A DNA stretch of 64,000 bases, from assembly GCA_964479165.1 (NCBI GenBank), contig CAYZJO010000013.1, forward strand, positions 9,386-73,385. Reading direction: 5' to 3'. This document shows positions 1 to 10,538 of this stretch, piece by piece. A program made the position numbers and the translations under genes. The notes beneath the pieces were generated by a model. It ran no database searches. It saw nothing but the letters and a program-made list of their open reading frames with translations, and was not told the origin of the DNA. How positions within the stretch are numbered: position 1 is the stretch's first letter; every line of letters starts with the position of its first letter. The stretch comes from an uncultured Dehalococcoidaceae bacterium. Its GTDB lineage: Bacteria > Chloroflexota > Dehalococcoidia > UBA2979.

Positions 1-616
1 CGCCCGGGTCTCCGCGTGTGGCGGCCGCTGCGCCCGCTTGCTCGCAAAGGTCCGTACTGAACGCCTCGAACCAGCGGCCGAGGTGACTCTCGAGGAATGT
101 GCGCGATGCGTCCCGGCAGACCGCTGCCCGGTCGTCCCACCCCTGCACGAGTGCGTACGCCTCACGGCGAGTCGCCAGCGCCACAAACTCGAGCTCCGTG
201 CAGACGTCGTCGGGAGTGGTTGGATGCTGTGACGACACGCGCAACCCGAACGCAGCATAGAAACCGGCAATGTCCGCGAGCCGGGCGGCCTTTGCGAAGG
301 GGTCGCGCACGTACTCGGTCTCGTGAGGCGAGCAGAGCACGGAGGCCTCGAAGAGCACGAAGTGGACGGGGGCGAGGCGCTCGGCGTCGATGTCCTTCCG
401 CGCCCGGCGCAGCACGCGCACCTCCCGCGCGATGCCGAGCCTCGACACGATGGGGTGAGTCGCGAGGTCGGGCAGGAGCACATCGAGCCGCTCGAGCACC
501 TCCGGACGTGGCTCGGCGAGGCTGAGCGCCATCGCCTCGTACAGCGCGGAGCGACCGAGCAGCAGCTGGATCTCTGGCTGCGCGAGCACCTCGGGCGAAA
601 CGAGGGATGAAGTCAT
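1..616 (-). CDS. TorD/NarJ-like redox enzyme maturation chaperone (delta subunit). The C-terminus is truncated by the window edge.
   Basis: Manual translation of the reverse strand from ATG at 616: MTSSLVSPEVLAQPEIQLLLGRSALYEAMALSLAEPRPEVLERL...HFVLFEASVLCSPHETEY...ADIAGFYAAFGL...DDVCTELEFVALATRRE, which is typical of the nitrate-reductase delta/TorD family. It lies immediately downstream of the gamma subunit with a 1-nt spacer. It is absent from the ORF track because it has no stop inside the window. Confidence 0.6.
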   Translation of the reverse strand, partial: MTSSLVSPEVLAQPEIQLLLGRSALYEAMALSLAEPRPEVLERLDVLLPDLATHPIVSRLGIAREVRVLRRARKDIDAERLAPVHFVLFEASVLCSPHETEYVRDPFAKAARLADIAGFYAAFGLRVSSQHPTTPDDVCTELEFVALATRREAYALVQGWDDRAAVCRDASRTFLESHLGRWFEAFSTDLCEQAGAAAATRGDPG

Positions 617-617
617 C

Positions 618-1532
618 TCAGGCCTCAATTTCCAGCGGGGTCCAGTCGGCCCACTGCTTTCGTGCCCCGCGATTGCCGTGGGAACCGTTCCAGACGGCGA
701 AGGCGACGTTGGTCGTGATTCCTGGCGCGAGGCTGGTCTTGTCCGCGCCCGGCTGCAACGGCGTCGCGATGACCACACGCCAGCCCTTGCCCGTGAACAC
801 GCCTCGTCCGGTCGCTGTCTGCTCGGCGTGAGCGGTGAGGCTCCCGAATCCCTCCGCGACCAGGTCCTCCACGGGGGAGGTCCGGTCCCGACGAGCCATC
901 GGATTGCCGGCGACGAGCGCGGGGTAGAACTGCCGCGCCGCCTCCTCGCCCATCAGGGCCTCCGGAGAGGCGTCGTGGTACATGTTGGGGAAGGCATCGC
1001 GTACGCCGCGCCGGCCCTGGTCGACGTCGACCTGCCACGCAGCGCGCCACTGCATGATGTGCACCGGCTGGGTCGCAGCGCCCATCGTGACTGCCACCGG
1101 CGCGGCAGGGTCGACGGGGAGCTGCACCGCCACAGCGTCGCGGAACCGGGCCATCACGTCGACGCTGTCCTCGTCAGCGTCGTCCCACTCGATGAGGAAC
1201 GCCATCGTCTCGCCGTTGTGGAGTGCGCGTACCGAGACCTCCGGGACGGCCAGCTCCGAGACGGACGGCGTCGTGAGGTTCTGCACGCGCATCTGGACCG
1301 GCCACGCTCGCACTCGCGCCCAGGCTCGATCGGCCGGATCAAGCGGGAGGTCGCCTCGCGCGCGGCGTGCGACGAGCTGGTTCGACGGCTCGCTGCGGCG
1401 TAGCTCGAGGATCCCGATGCTCGCCGCGACGGTCGTGCTGGCAGCCACGGCCGCGGCCGCCTTCACGAAGCCACGACGGCTAACCGTCTCGGGACGCTCG
1501 ATGCGGCGCTCCTGTTCCTGGTCGGTGGACAT
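618..1532 (-). CDS. Haem-b gamma subunit of a type II DMSO-reductase-family enzyme (EbdC/NarC/NxrC-like, EB_dh domain).
   Basis: 304 aa with a Tat-like N-terminus (RRGFVKAAAAVAAS). Strong RBS (GTAAGGAGG) before ATG at 1532. It is third in an alpha-beta-gamma-delta order. No transmembrane NarI-type architecture is evident. Confidence 0.6.
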   Translation of the reverse strand: MSTDQEQERRIERPETVSRRGFVKAAAAVAASTTVAASIGILELRRSEPSNQLVARRARGDLPLDPADRAWARVRAWPVQMRVQNLTTPSVSELAVPEVSVRALHNGETMAFLIEWDDADEDSVDVMARFRDAVAVQLPVDPAAPVAVTMGAATQPVHIMQWRAAWQVDVDQGRRGVRDAFPNMYHDASPEALMGEEAARQFYPALVAGNPMARRDRTSPVEDLVAEGFGSLTAHAEQTATGRGVFTGKGWRVVIATPLQPGADKTSLAPGITTNVAFAVWNGSHGNRGARKQWADWTPLEIEA

Positions 1533-1569
1533 GACTGCCTCCTTACTCGAGGCATCGGCACTGGCTCTA

Positions 1570-2700
<1,131 letters not shown>

Positions 2701-2745
2701 TCGGTTGCCTCATCTCTATCGAGGGGCGCGTGGCGTCACCTGCGG

Positions 2746-5700
2746 CTATGCCTGGTAGAAGGCGCCGCTGAGGTACTGCTTCATCAGATCGGACTCGTAG
2801 CCCGCGCGGACTCCGTTCCGCGCGGGCGCCCAGAGGCCGCCCTCGGGCGCGCCGTCCTCGGCTCGCTCGAGCTTGATGAACGACTCCTTCGGCGCGCCGT
2901 TCGCGCAGTGGACGTCGCTCTCGAAGCCCTTGCCAAGTTCCTGGCCGAAGAACGGCTTGCGGACGAGGGTGTCGGTGAGCAGCGTGGGCCGAAGCCACGC
3001 GCGCACGCCGCTCTGATGGCTGCCGTGGCGGAACATCGCCTGGTACCCGGTCTCGGGCGTCTTCGCGAGTCCGTCCGCTCGCTCGAGGGCGCCGCGCACC
3101 GAGCCGCGCGTGGCGACGTACATGTTGTAGTACATGCGGATCACGCCGGGCTGCATCGCGTTCTGGTAGCGGGCGCGAGCCATGCCCCGAGAGACGAGGT
3201 AGTCCTCGTCACCCTCCTTCCAGCCTCGGTACGGGCGGTCGGACGGGTCCGCGTCGAACCAGACGTAGTCGCCGTCGTCGATCCCGAGGGCCTGTCCGTC
3301 CTCCGGGCTCAGCTCGAGGTACGCCTCGCCGACCCAGGGCGTCCGTTTGTCGTGCCGGTAGGCGTCGCCGAAGGGGCCGAAGAGCATGCTCATCCAGTCG
3401 AGGTCGACGGGCGTGCTGTGCGCGCCGTGGCGGTACTTTGGCGTCATGAAGAGGAAGCGGAACCGATCGTCCGCCGCGGTCAGCGGGTGAACGGTCCCCT
3501 TCAAGTCGGACCACGCCTTCACGACGTTACGGATCTGCCGCACCTCTGTGGAGAGGTCGTCGAGTGACAGTCCGTACTCGAGAGGTCCCGCCGGCGCGAT
3601 CAGCGGATGTGGCCGGCCGTGGATCACGTTCGGCTCGTAGAACGTCGAGTCGACCGGCTCCCGGAAGACAGGGAGGTTCTCGCCGTACTCGAGGAACTCC
3701 GGCTCGTCGCGATAGAACTCGAGCCGTCCCGAGCGGTTGTACCAGGGCTTGCTCTCCTGCCGCTGCTCCCAGCCGCCGTGGCGCGGGTAGGTGCGGAAGT
3801 TCATGAGGGCAGGGATGCCCTGCTGCGCCCGTTGCTCGAGTTCGAGCACGTCGTATCCGCGCGTGGTGCTCGACGCCGAGAAGATGCGCTGGAGGTACAC
3901 CTCGTCGCGGCCATCGAGGAGGAACCTCCAGTAGTCCCGGAAGCGCGACTCTCCTGTGTGCTCAGCGAGCTTCTCCGAGATGCCCGCCATGACCTCGGCA
4001 TCCCCGCGCGTGTCGTAGATGCGGTCCAGCGGACTCCGCGGCGCCATGTGCAGGAACGAGTTCGTGCACGACCCGGTCGCGTCGAGGTTCTTCCGTTCGC
4101 CCCAGGAGTCGACGCCGAAGACGATGTCGGCGTACTCGCACGACGCGGTCCACCACCACTCGTTGACAAAGATCGCCTCGATGCCGGGCAGCGTGTTGTG
4201 CACCACGTCGTGGTGCCACTTCGCGTTGCCGAGCAGCGAGTTGGAGTTGCCGAAGAGCATCGCCTTCGTCGGCGTCGGCATGTGTGTCTCGCCGGTGAAG
4301 TTCTTTGTGCCGCCTCGCAACGGCCGGTCCCCGTAGTTGTAGAAGTGCGCTGACTCGCCCTTGTAGTACGACCCGATAGCCGCGGGCTGCGTCGGGTCGA
4401 GCTGGGGATTGAACGGGTCTTCTTTGATCCACTGCGGGATGCCGTTGAAGATCGAGCCGCGGTAGTTGCCCGCGTAGGCCCCGACGTTCCCTCCGATGTG
4501 GCCCACATTGTCGGTCAGCGCTGCCAGCAGGAAGATCGCGCGATCCTTGAGGTCGGCGTTGAAGTAGTGGTTCGGCCCCATCCCCGTGGCGAGCAGCGAC
4601 TTCCCTCTCGCCGCGGCGATCTGCTTCGCGAGGCTCTCGATAGCTGCGGGCGGCGCCCATGTCACCTCGGAGGTCGTCGCGAGATCGAAGTTCTCGTCAA
4701 GGTAGCGTTTGACCTGGCCGAATACGGGCTGCACGGAGACCTGCGAGCCGTCCAGAAGCGTGACTGCGAACTCCCCCTCCAGTGCCGGTTCAACGCCGGT
4801 CTCACGGAAGCGGTCACCCACCTGGTCGCGGGTCACCGGGACGGCCTCACTCGTCCGCTCGTCCCAGACCATGAAGTCGCCCCACTCGGCGCGGAGCGAC
4901 TCGGACACATACTGCGTTCCCTGCAGTGCAGGCGCCGGTAGCCGTGTGCCACCGGGAACGACCTGTACGAAGTTGTCGAGCGGAGCAGGTTCGTAGTCTT
5001 CGACCACGTCGCGCGCGTTCAGGAGCTGGTGCGTGTCCATGCGCACGAGGAGCGGTAGGTCGGTCCACGCCTTGATGTGGTCTTCGTCGTGGAGGCCGTT
5101 CGCGAGGATGTATTGCGCGCAGCCGAGGGCCAGCGCCGCGTCGGTCCCCGGCCGGATCATGATGACCTCGTCGGAGCGGTTGGATGTCGACTGGTAGTCC
5201 GTGGAGACGTTGATGATGCGCGTGCCCTTCTGACGCGCCTCGGAGAGCCAGTGGCCGTCCGGCATCTTCGTGGAGATCCAGTTCATCCCGAAGGTCACGA
5301 CCAGGTCGGCGTACTCCGGCGCGAAGAGGTCGAACTCCACCGTTTGATGCCCGGTCACCATCGGGTGTCCGGGCGGCAGGTCGGTGTGCCACGTGTATGA
5401 GTCCCACCCGCGACCGCCGAGCGCCTCGTCGGGGCCGACACCCCGGATGTGGTCATCCAGCAGCCCGAGCATGTTGGCGAAGCGGTAGAAGCTGTAGATG
5501 CGGTAGATGCCGAGGAGCGGCATGCCGCCTCGCACCTTGATGACCTGCGTCCCCGCCTCGTGCGCTGCCTCCACCATCGCGGGGTCGTACCCCTGCGCTG
5601 TGAGCCGCGCGGCGCCCTCCGCGCCCGAGTATGTGCGCGCGATATCGAGGTAGGTGCGCGCCGCGAGGTCGAAGGCCTCGTCCCAGGGGATCTTCACCCA

Positions 5701-6225
5701 CGTGTCGCGCCCGCGCCTCTCCATGTCCTGCAATGGCTTCCCAGTCGCCTCATCGCGGGGGAACCCGGCGTCCGCCCACTCCCTGAACCCGGCGCGCACC
5801 ATCGCCCCACGGACACGCCGGTCGCCGTAGAACTTGCGAGCGAGCGCGAGTCCCTTCTGGCAACCCCTCGGATCCCAGCGGTGTGACGCCTTGTTGCCGT
5901 GGAGGTCGGTGGCCTCGCCGTAGCCATACGTTGGGCTGATGCGCACCACGACGCCGTTCTTCACGTGCGCACGCAGGAGGCAGTTGTGCGTGTCGTTTGG
6001 CGCGCAGGTGAACACGTAGTCGGAGTCCGGCGTGAACAGGTCCCGGTATGCCTGCTCCCAATCGCGGTCCGGGAAAATGGTGAACGGGTCCGTGATCGCG
6101 ACAGGCTGACTGGCCTCGAGATGCCACGGATCGAAGACGAAGACCTCCGAGAGGGCTACGCCCACCCCCGCGGCGGCAGCGCGCCGCAGGAACGAACGCC
6201 GGGAGATGCTGCGTTTCTGCTCCAT
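2746..6225 (-). CDS. Molybdopterin catalytic alpha subunit, Tat-exported, NarG/NxrA-like type II DMSO-reductase family, 1159 aa.
   Basis: True start MEQKRSISRRSFLRRAAAAGVGVALS has a twin-arginine motif. The ORF-track start at 6492 is an upstream in-frame extension. The N-terminal cluster region CAPNDTHNCLLRAHVKNG aligns with the NarG FS0 / VKNG region. The size is near that of NarG (1247 aa). It is followed by the beta, gamma and delta genes. Confidence 0.85.
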   Translation of the reverse strand: MEQKRSISRRSFLRRAAAAGVGVALSEVFVFDPWHLEASQPVAITDPFTIFPDRDWEQAYRDLFTPDSDYVFTCAPNDTHNCLLRAHVKNGVVVRISPTYGYGEATDLHGNKASHRWDPRGCQKGLALARKFYGDRRVRGAMVRAGFREWADAGFPRDEATGKPLQDMERRGRDTWVKIPWDEAFDLAARTYLDIARTYSGAEGAARLTAQGYDPAMVEAAHEAGTQVIKVRGGMPLLGIYRIYSFYRFANMLGLLDDHIRGVGPDEALGGRGWDSYTWHTDLPPGHPMVTGHQTVEFDLFAPEYADLVVTFGMNWISTKMPDGHWLSEARQKGTRIINVSTDYQSTSNRSDEVIMIRPGTDAALALGCAQYILANGLHDEDHIKAWTDLPLLVRMDTHQLLNARDVVEDYEPAPLDNFVQVVPGGTRLPAPALQGTQYVSESLRAEWGDFMVWDERTSEAVPVTRDQVGDRFRETGVEPALEGEFAVTLLDGSQVSVQPVFGQVKRYLDENFDLATTSEVTWAPPAAIESLAKQIAAARGKSLLATGMGPNHYFNADLKDRAIFLLAALTDNVGHIGGNVGAYAGNYRGSIFNGIPQWIKEDPFNPQLDPTQPAAIGSYYKGESAHFYNYGDRPLRGGTKNFTGETHMPTPTKAMLFGNSNSLLGNAKWHHDVVHNTLPGIEAIFVNEWWWTASCEYADIVFGVDSWGERKNLDATGSCTNSFLHMAPRSPLDRIYDTRGDAEVMAGISEKLAEHTGESRFRDYWRFLLDGRDEVYLQRIFSASSTTRGYDVLELEQRAQQGIPALMNFRTYPRHGGWEQRQESKPWYNRSGRLEFYRDEPEFLEYGENLPVFREPVDSTFYEPNVIHGRPHPLIAPAGPLEYGLSLDDLSTEVRQIRNVVKAWSDLKGTVHPLTAADDRFRFLFMTPKYRHGAHSTPVDLDWMSMLFGPFGDAYRHDKRTPWVGEAYLELSPEDGQALGIDDGDYVWFDADPSDRPYRGWKEGDEDYLVSRGMARARYQNAMQPGVIRMYYNMYVATRGSVRGALERADGLAKTPETGYQAMFRHGSHQSGVRAWLRPTLLTDTLVRKPFFGQELGKGFESDVHCANGAPKESFIKLERAEDGAPEGGLWAPARNGVRAGYESDLMKQYLSGAFYQA

Positions 6226-6472
6226 TGCAACCTCACTCGCTCGAACGTCGCGGGCCGCGTGAGGCCGCTCGTTCGTGTGCGCACGTTCACATGAATTCTC
6301 GATCCGGGGCGTTACTCCAGCCGTTACAGAGCCCCGTTCCCACAGTCCCGCCAACCGGGGGACAAACGGCCCTATCTGGGCGTCCGACACCGGAACAGGA
6401 TCAGGGCGATCACGGCCCGTAATCGCGACGAGCGGGGGAGTCGTGGGAGTCGAACGCCTCGTAGACGGAGCG
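6226..6472. promoter_or_regulatory. Divergent intergenic region between the molybdoenzyme operon and the PAS-SARP regulator. It probably holds divergent promoters and operator sites.
   Basis: About 250 bp of non-coding DNA between two divergently oriented starts. No specific motif was identified. Confidence 0.3.
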
Positions 6473-7594
6473 ATGGGGCCTGCGTTCGCCATCGACAGTT
6501 GCGGCCGTGTCGTCGCAGCGAACGCTGCGGTGGGCGAGTTGCTGGGAGCGCACGCGCGCGACCTCGTGGGTCAGCGGTGCAGCGACATCTCGGGCGCGGC
6601 GGACGCCGCCGGGGAGCGCCTCTGCCAGCCCGAGGGGTGCTCCACGCTCGCGTTGCTGGCTTCCGGACGCCCGACTGACCTCCCCTGGTGCTCCTGGATC
6701 CATCCGGATGGCACGCACCTACCGATCTCCGCGACCGCCCTGGCACTCCCTCTCGAGGCACGATCCGACAGCACCGCCGCCGTCATCCTCCTCCACGTCG
6801 GGCCGGGGCCCCTCGACCGGAGACCGGCCGGCCTCCGTGCCGGAGAGCGCGCGATCCGCATCAGCCTCTTCGACAATCCTGCGTGCACCGTGGATGGTGC
6901 GCCGGTTCAACTCCCGCGCCGCCGCGCGCTCGAGGTGCTCGCGCTTCTCGCGTTCGCTCCCGCTGCGGGACTTCACAAGGAACAGATGTGCGACGCGCTC
7001 TGGGCGGAACTGCCAGGGGGCAGCGAGCGAATGCACCTCCGTGTCCTGCTGCACAGCCTCCGGCGATCGCTCGCTTCAGAAGTCATCATCAAGACGCCCC
7101 AGAACCCCGATCGGCTGCAGCTCGCCCCCCGGATCCAAGTTGATGTCCTCGAGTTCACGCAGGGTGTGAGTGCCCTGCGTGCTTCGTTGCTGTCGCCTAC
7201 GACAAGCGTGGCCGAACGACTCGAGCGGGTCGACGCGCTGCTCGCGCTCTACGTCGGCGACCTCGACGATGCCGGCGTCTTCGGTGCGTGGGTCGCGCCG
7301 CACCGCGAGCGCCTCCGCTCGCATTACATCGAGCTCCTTCGGGAGGCGACCCGGCTTGCCGCGGAAGCCCGCGAACCGGACCGAGCGATGGCCTACTGCC
7401 GGCGCGCCGTAGCCGCGGACCCGCTGCACGAAGAGTTCCAGATCGCGCTGATCGCCGCCTACGGGCAGCTCGGGCTGCGTCGAGCTGCGCTCACGCAGTA
7501 CCAGTCCTATCGAAAGGCGCTCACCGCGGATCTCGCGCTCGAACCGTCGATGGCGGTAGAGCGAGCTCTGGGCCTCGCTCTGAGAGCGAGCTGA
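6473..7594 (+). CDS. Transcriptional regulator with an N-terminal PAS-like sensor, an OmpR/SARP-type winged helix and a C-terminal BTAD domain (AfsR/SARP-like).
   Basis: ATG at 6473 (GTG at 6443 is also possible). The PAS-like segment is MGPAFAIDSCGRVVAANAAVGELLG. The winged-helix segment is RISLFDNPACTVDGAPVQLPRRRALEVLALLA. The BTAD-like tail is ALLALYVGDL...EEFQIALIAAYGQLGLRRAALTQYQSYRKALTADLALEPS. The ORF-track N-terminus from 6275 is probably spurious. Confidence 0.6.
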   Translation: MGPAFAIDSCGRVVAANAAVGELLGAHARDLVGQRCSDISGAADAAGERLCQPEGCSTLALLASGRPTDLPWCSWIHPDGTHLPISATALALPLEARSDSTAAVILLHVGPGPLDRRPAGLRAGERAIRISLFDNPACTVDGAPVQLPRRRALEVLALLAFAPAAGLHKEQMCDALWAELPGGSERMHLRVLLHSLRRSLASEVIIKTPQNPDRLQLAPRIQVDVLEFTQGVSALRASLLSPTTSVAERLERVDALLALYVGDLDDAGVFGAWVAPHRERLRSHYIELLREATRLAAEAREPDRAMAYCRRAVAADPLHEEFQIALIAAYGQLGLRRAALTQYQSYRKALTADLALEPSMAVERALGLALRAS

Positions 7595-7607
7595 AGGGAC
7601 ACGCCCG

Positions 7608-8279
7608 ATGACCGCCGGACCCGTACATCCCGCGATCGAGCGCGCGTGCGCCGCCAGCGCCGCGCAGCACAAGCGACTTTGCCCCCGCCAGGTGCTCGGG
7701 GTGCGGATGGGAATCGCCGCCGGACGCGCACTCGACCTCTCGCTCCCCCGCGAAGACAAGCGTCTGCTCCTCTTCGCCGAGACGGACGGTTGCGTCCTCG
7801 ACGGGATCACCGCGGCTACCGGCTGTACGCCCGGACATCGCACGATGCGCGTGGTCGACTACGGACGGGTCGCCGTGACCGGCATCGACCTGGAGACGCG
7901 GCGCGCCGTCCGCGTGGCACCCCGCGCTGGAATCCGGGAATTGGCCACTGCGTACGCTACCGACGGGGCCTCGCGATACGACGCGCAGCTCGTCAGCTAT
8001 CAGCAGGTGCCGGAGCCGCTCCTTCTGACCATCACCCCGGTCCGTCTCACCCTCGACGTCGACGCGCTGCTGGGGCGTCCTGGTGTGCGTGTCGACTGTG
8101 CGCGATGCGGCGAGGAAGTGCTCAACGGCCGCGAGGTGGAAGTCGATGGCGACCTGGTGTGTCCCGGGTGCAGCGGCGCCGCGTACTACGATCCTTGCGG
8201 ACCTCTGGGCGTGTCAGAGATTGGGGCGTCAAGGACCCTAGGAGCGAGCGAGGGATGGTCTCGATGGCTCACGAGGTGA
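7608..8279 (+). CDS. FmdE/FwdE-family protein with a C-terminal zinc ribbon.
   Basis: HKRLCPRQVLGVRMG and ETDGCVLDGITAATGCTPG match FmdE-domain signatures. The C-terminus has CARCGEEV...CPGC. ATG at 7608. Confidence 0.6.
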   Translation: MTAGPVHPAIERACAASAAQHKRLCPRQVLGVRMGIAAGRALDLSLPREDKRLLLFAETDGCVLDGITAATGCTPGHRTMRVVDYGRVAVTGIDLETRRAVRVAPRAGIRELATAYATDGASRYDAQLVSYQQVPEPLLLTITPVRLTLDVDALLGRPGVRVDCARCGEEVLNGREVEVDGDLVCPGCSGAAYYDPCGPLGVSEIGASRTLGASEGWSRWLTR

Positions 8280-9145
8280 GTCCGGCGGTACCTCCAACCC
8301 GGCGCTACCCGCAAACCGGGGCGTTCGGGACAGGTCCGCCCGTGGGCGCCCCTTTCCCGGCCATGGCGCTGCCGGATCAGCACGGCGGCGCGATGCCGGT
8401 CAGTTGGGGACCGGGCGGACGCCCGACCTTGGTGGTGTTCCATCGGTCTGCACGTTGGTGCACGTTCTGCCGCACGCAGTTGCTCCACCTGCAGCATCAC
8501 CTGCGGGCGTTCGAGGCCGCCGGCGTTGCGCTCGTCGCCATCTCCTACGATCCTCCTGGAGCGCTGGCGGAGTTTGCGGCAGAGAACCGCATCACCTACC
8601 CCCTGCTCTCTGACGAGAGGTCGCAACTAATCTCCCGTCTCGGCATCCTGAACGACCTCGTCCGGCCAGACGAGGAGGTGTATGGCATCCCCTATCCCGG
8701 GGCCTACGCGGTCTCTTCAGAGGGTCGTGTATTGCGCAAGTATTTCTACCGCCACTACCGAGAACGGCCAGCGCCGCTCGGAGTGCTCCACGAGGCGTTC
8801 AACGCCAACGTCAGCCTCCACGCGTGCCTGGGTGCGGACCGACACGACGGCGATGTGTTGGTGAGCGCTCGCCTCGCCGACACCGCCCTCGTTCCATACC
8901 AGCACACACCGCTCTACGTACGCGTGACCGCTCCAGAGACTCGCAGTTTGGAAGTGACAGCCGAGGGGCTTGACGTCGGAGCGCCAGAGCCGTCGATCGT
9001 GCCTGGCGGTGCTGGGTGGAGGGTACCGCTCATGCTACGGAGCTTGGACCATGCGTCCGTAGTCCTGACGATGCGGACCACCGGAAGGGGCGCGGCCCCG
9101 CTCGATCTGAGGCTGCACTTGCCGGTCCTCGAGTTGAGGCGATAG
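8255..9145 (+). CDS. Thioredoxin-fold redoxin (AhpC/TSA or TlpA-like, WCTFC active site) with a C-terminal extension of about 120 aa.
   Basis: ATG at 8255 is preceded by GGAGCGAGCGAGGG. The motif PTLVVFHRSARWCTFCRTQLLHL is seen. It overlaps the FmdE gene end by 25 nt. The upstream part of the 499-aa track ORF (from 7646) is an out-of-frame artefact. Confidence 0.6.
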   Translation: MVSMAHEVSPAVPPTRRYPQTGAFGTGPPVGAPFPAMALPDQHGGAMPVSWGPGGRPTLVVFHRSARWCTFCRTQLLHLQHHLRAFEAAGVALVAISYDPPGALAEFAAENRITYPLLSDERSQLISRLGILNDLVRPDEEVYGIPYPGAYAVSSEGRVLRKYFYRHYRERPAPLGVLHEAFNANVSLHACLGADRHDGDVLVSARLADTALVPYQHTPLYVRVTAPETRSLEVTAEGLDVGAPEPSIVPGGAGWRVPLMLRSLDHASVVLTMRTTGRGAAPLDLRLHLPVLELRR

Positions 9146-9545
9146 TCGCCAGCAGCCCCCGATTGTGGAAGTCCAACGAGGGCCGAGCATCGGACGACGC
9201 GGCAGACGCGCGCGATCGGCTTTCCACCTTCGACCACGAGCCGGCACGCCGATGCGATCGTGAGTGCGCTTTGGTGGTCTTTGGGGACAGGAGCAGCCGT
9301 CCTGAACCAGATGATTGGTACCTGTCCAATCCTGCGTAGGGGTCTCCCAGCGCACACGCGAGCCGAGATGCAGTCCTCGATCTCCTTGGGGGTCAGGCTC
9401 CAGCGGTTCAACATGCGCTTTCCGCGAACGCGCGATCCGCCGGCAAGAGCTGCGCTCGACGCACGTGAAAAGCCCCGTGGCTGCGCCGCCGTCGGACGTC
9501 CACCGGAGCGAGCGAGGTGGCTTGGCAACCCGGAGCGCGTCGCTA

Positions 9546-9830
9546 GGCCAGCGGCAGGCGAACGGTGACCTGGAGACCGCCCAAGTCCGGAGCCGCTGCC
9601 TCCACCCTTCCGCCCCGGTTCTTCACGATCGCGGCAACGATGGCGAGGCCGAGGCCCGCGCCTCCGCGTCCGGGTTCGCGCCTCGCTGAGTTGCGCGAAG
9701 CGCTCGAAGATGCGTTGGGTCTCGGTGGGTGGGACGCCAGGACACGGCATGTTACGACGGCTCGTCAGGCGGAGACCTGCCATTGACGCTCCAGGAAGTC
9801 GCGCTCCCGGAGCATCCGGGAGGGGTGTGA
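9546..9830 (-). pseudogene. Remnant C-terminus of a sensor histidine kinase (HATPase_c), frameshifted.
   Basis: Reverse-strand frames give ...NMPCPGVPPTETQRIFERFAQLSEARTR in one frame and GAGLGLAIVAAIVKNRGGRVEAAAPDLGGLQVTVRLPLA-stop (stop at 9544-9546) in another. No intact upstream kinase body was found. Confidence 0.35.
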
Positions 9831-9987
9831 AGAGTCCTCCAAGACCAGCACTTGGTCCCGCCCTTGTCCCGCCCAAACCGCAGCACAACCCATGGTCAGA
9901 GGTGGCCTGCGGTGTCTCGTCAAAGGCAGATCGCCAGCAAATACAAGGGATTTCGCCACGCGCGACAACGCGCCGCCACGGTCGGTA

Positions 9988-10037
<50 letters not shown>

Positions 10038-10105
10038 TTTCCCCCCACCCCCTGTGGTCACCTGAGCGAGTCGACATCCTCGGCATCCGCCCGTTCATCG
10101 AGCGG

Positions 10106-10468
10106 CTAACCGCCTAGCTCGAATGCCTCTTCCGGAAGGAAGAGGCAGTGGTCGCAGGGCCGTACTCCACATCCGCGAACTCGATTGAGTCGGAGATTGA
10201 TCGTGAGCACCTCCGGCGCCACGGTCTGTTCCTGCACTCGTCGATACGCGTCCCTCGTCGCGCCTGTGGTGTTCTTGATCTCGACGCCGAACTTCGCCAA
10301 GTGATTTTGCACGAACTTAGTCGCCGTCTCGTCGATCTCCTGGAGTACCCCGTCGACACTCAGCAGCGCCGCGACTTCGATGCACACCTCTAGCAGAATT
10401 GCGTTGTCACCAGCCTGCTCCGCTCGATAGGCGTAGTACGCCTTCCCGACACCCTTGTGCGGTGCCAT
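10106..10468 (-). CDS. Hypothetical protein of 120 aa.
   Basis: ATG at 10468 (MAPHKGVGKAYYAYRAEQ...). This stretch has lower GC and protein-like composition. No recognisable domain. Confidence 0.4.
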   Translation of the reverse strand: MAPHKGVGKAYYAYRAEQAGDNAILLEVCIEVAALLSVDGVLQEIDETATKFVQNHLAKFGVEIKNTTGATRDAYRRVQEQTVAPEVLTINLRLNRVRGCGVRPCDHCLFLPEEAFELGG

Positions 10469-10538
10469 TAATCCATCCGGCACCCGTTTGACCTGATCCG
10501 AGTGGCGCTCGAACCTGCCGGAGCGGCGGGAGGGCTCG

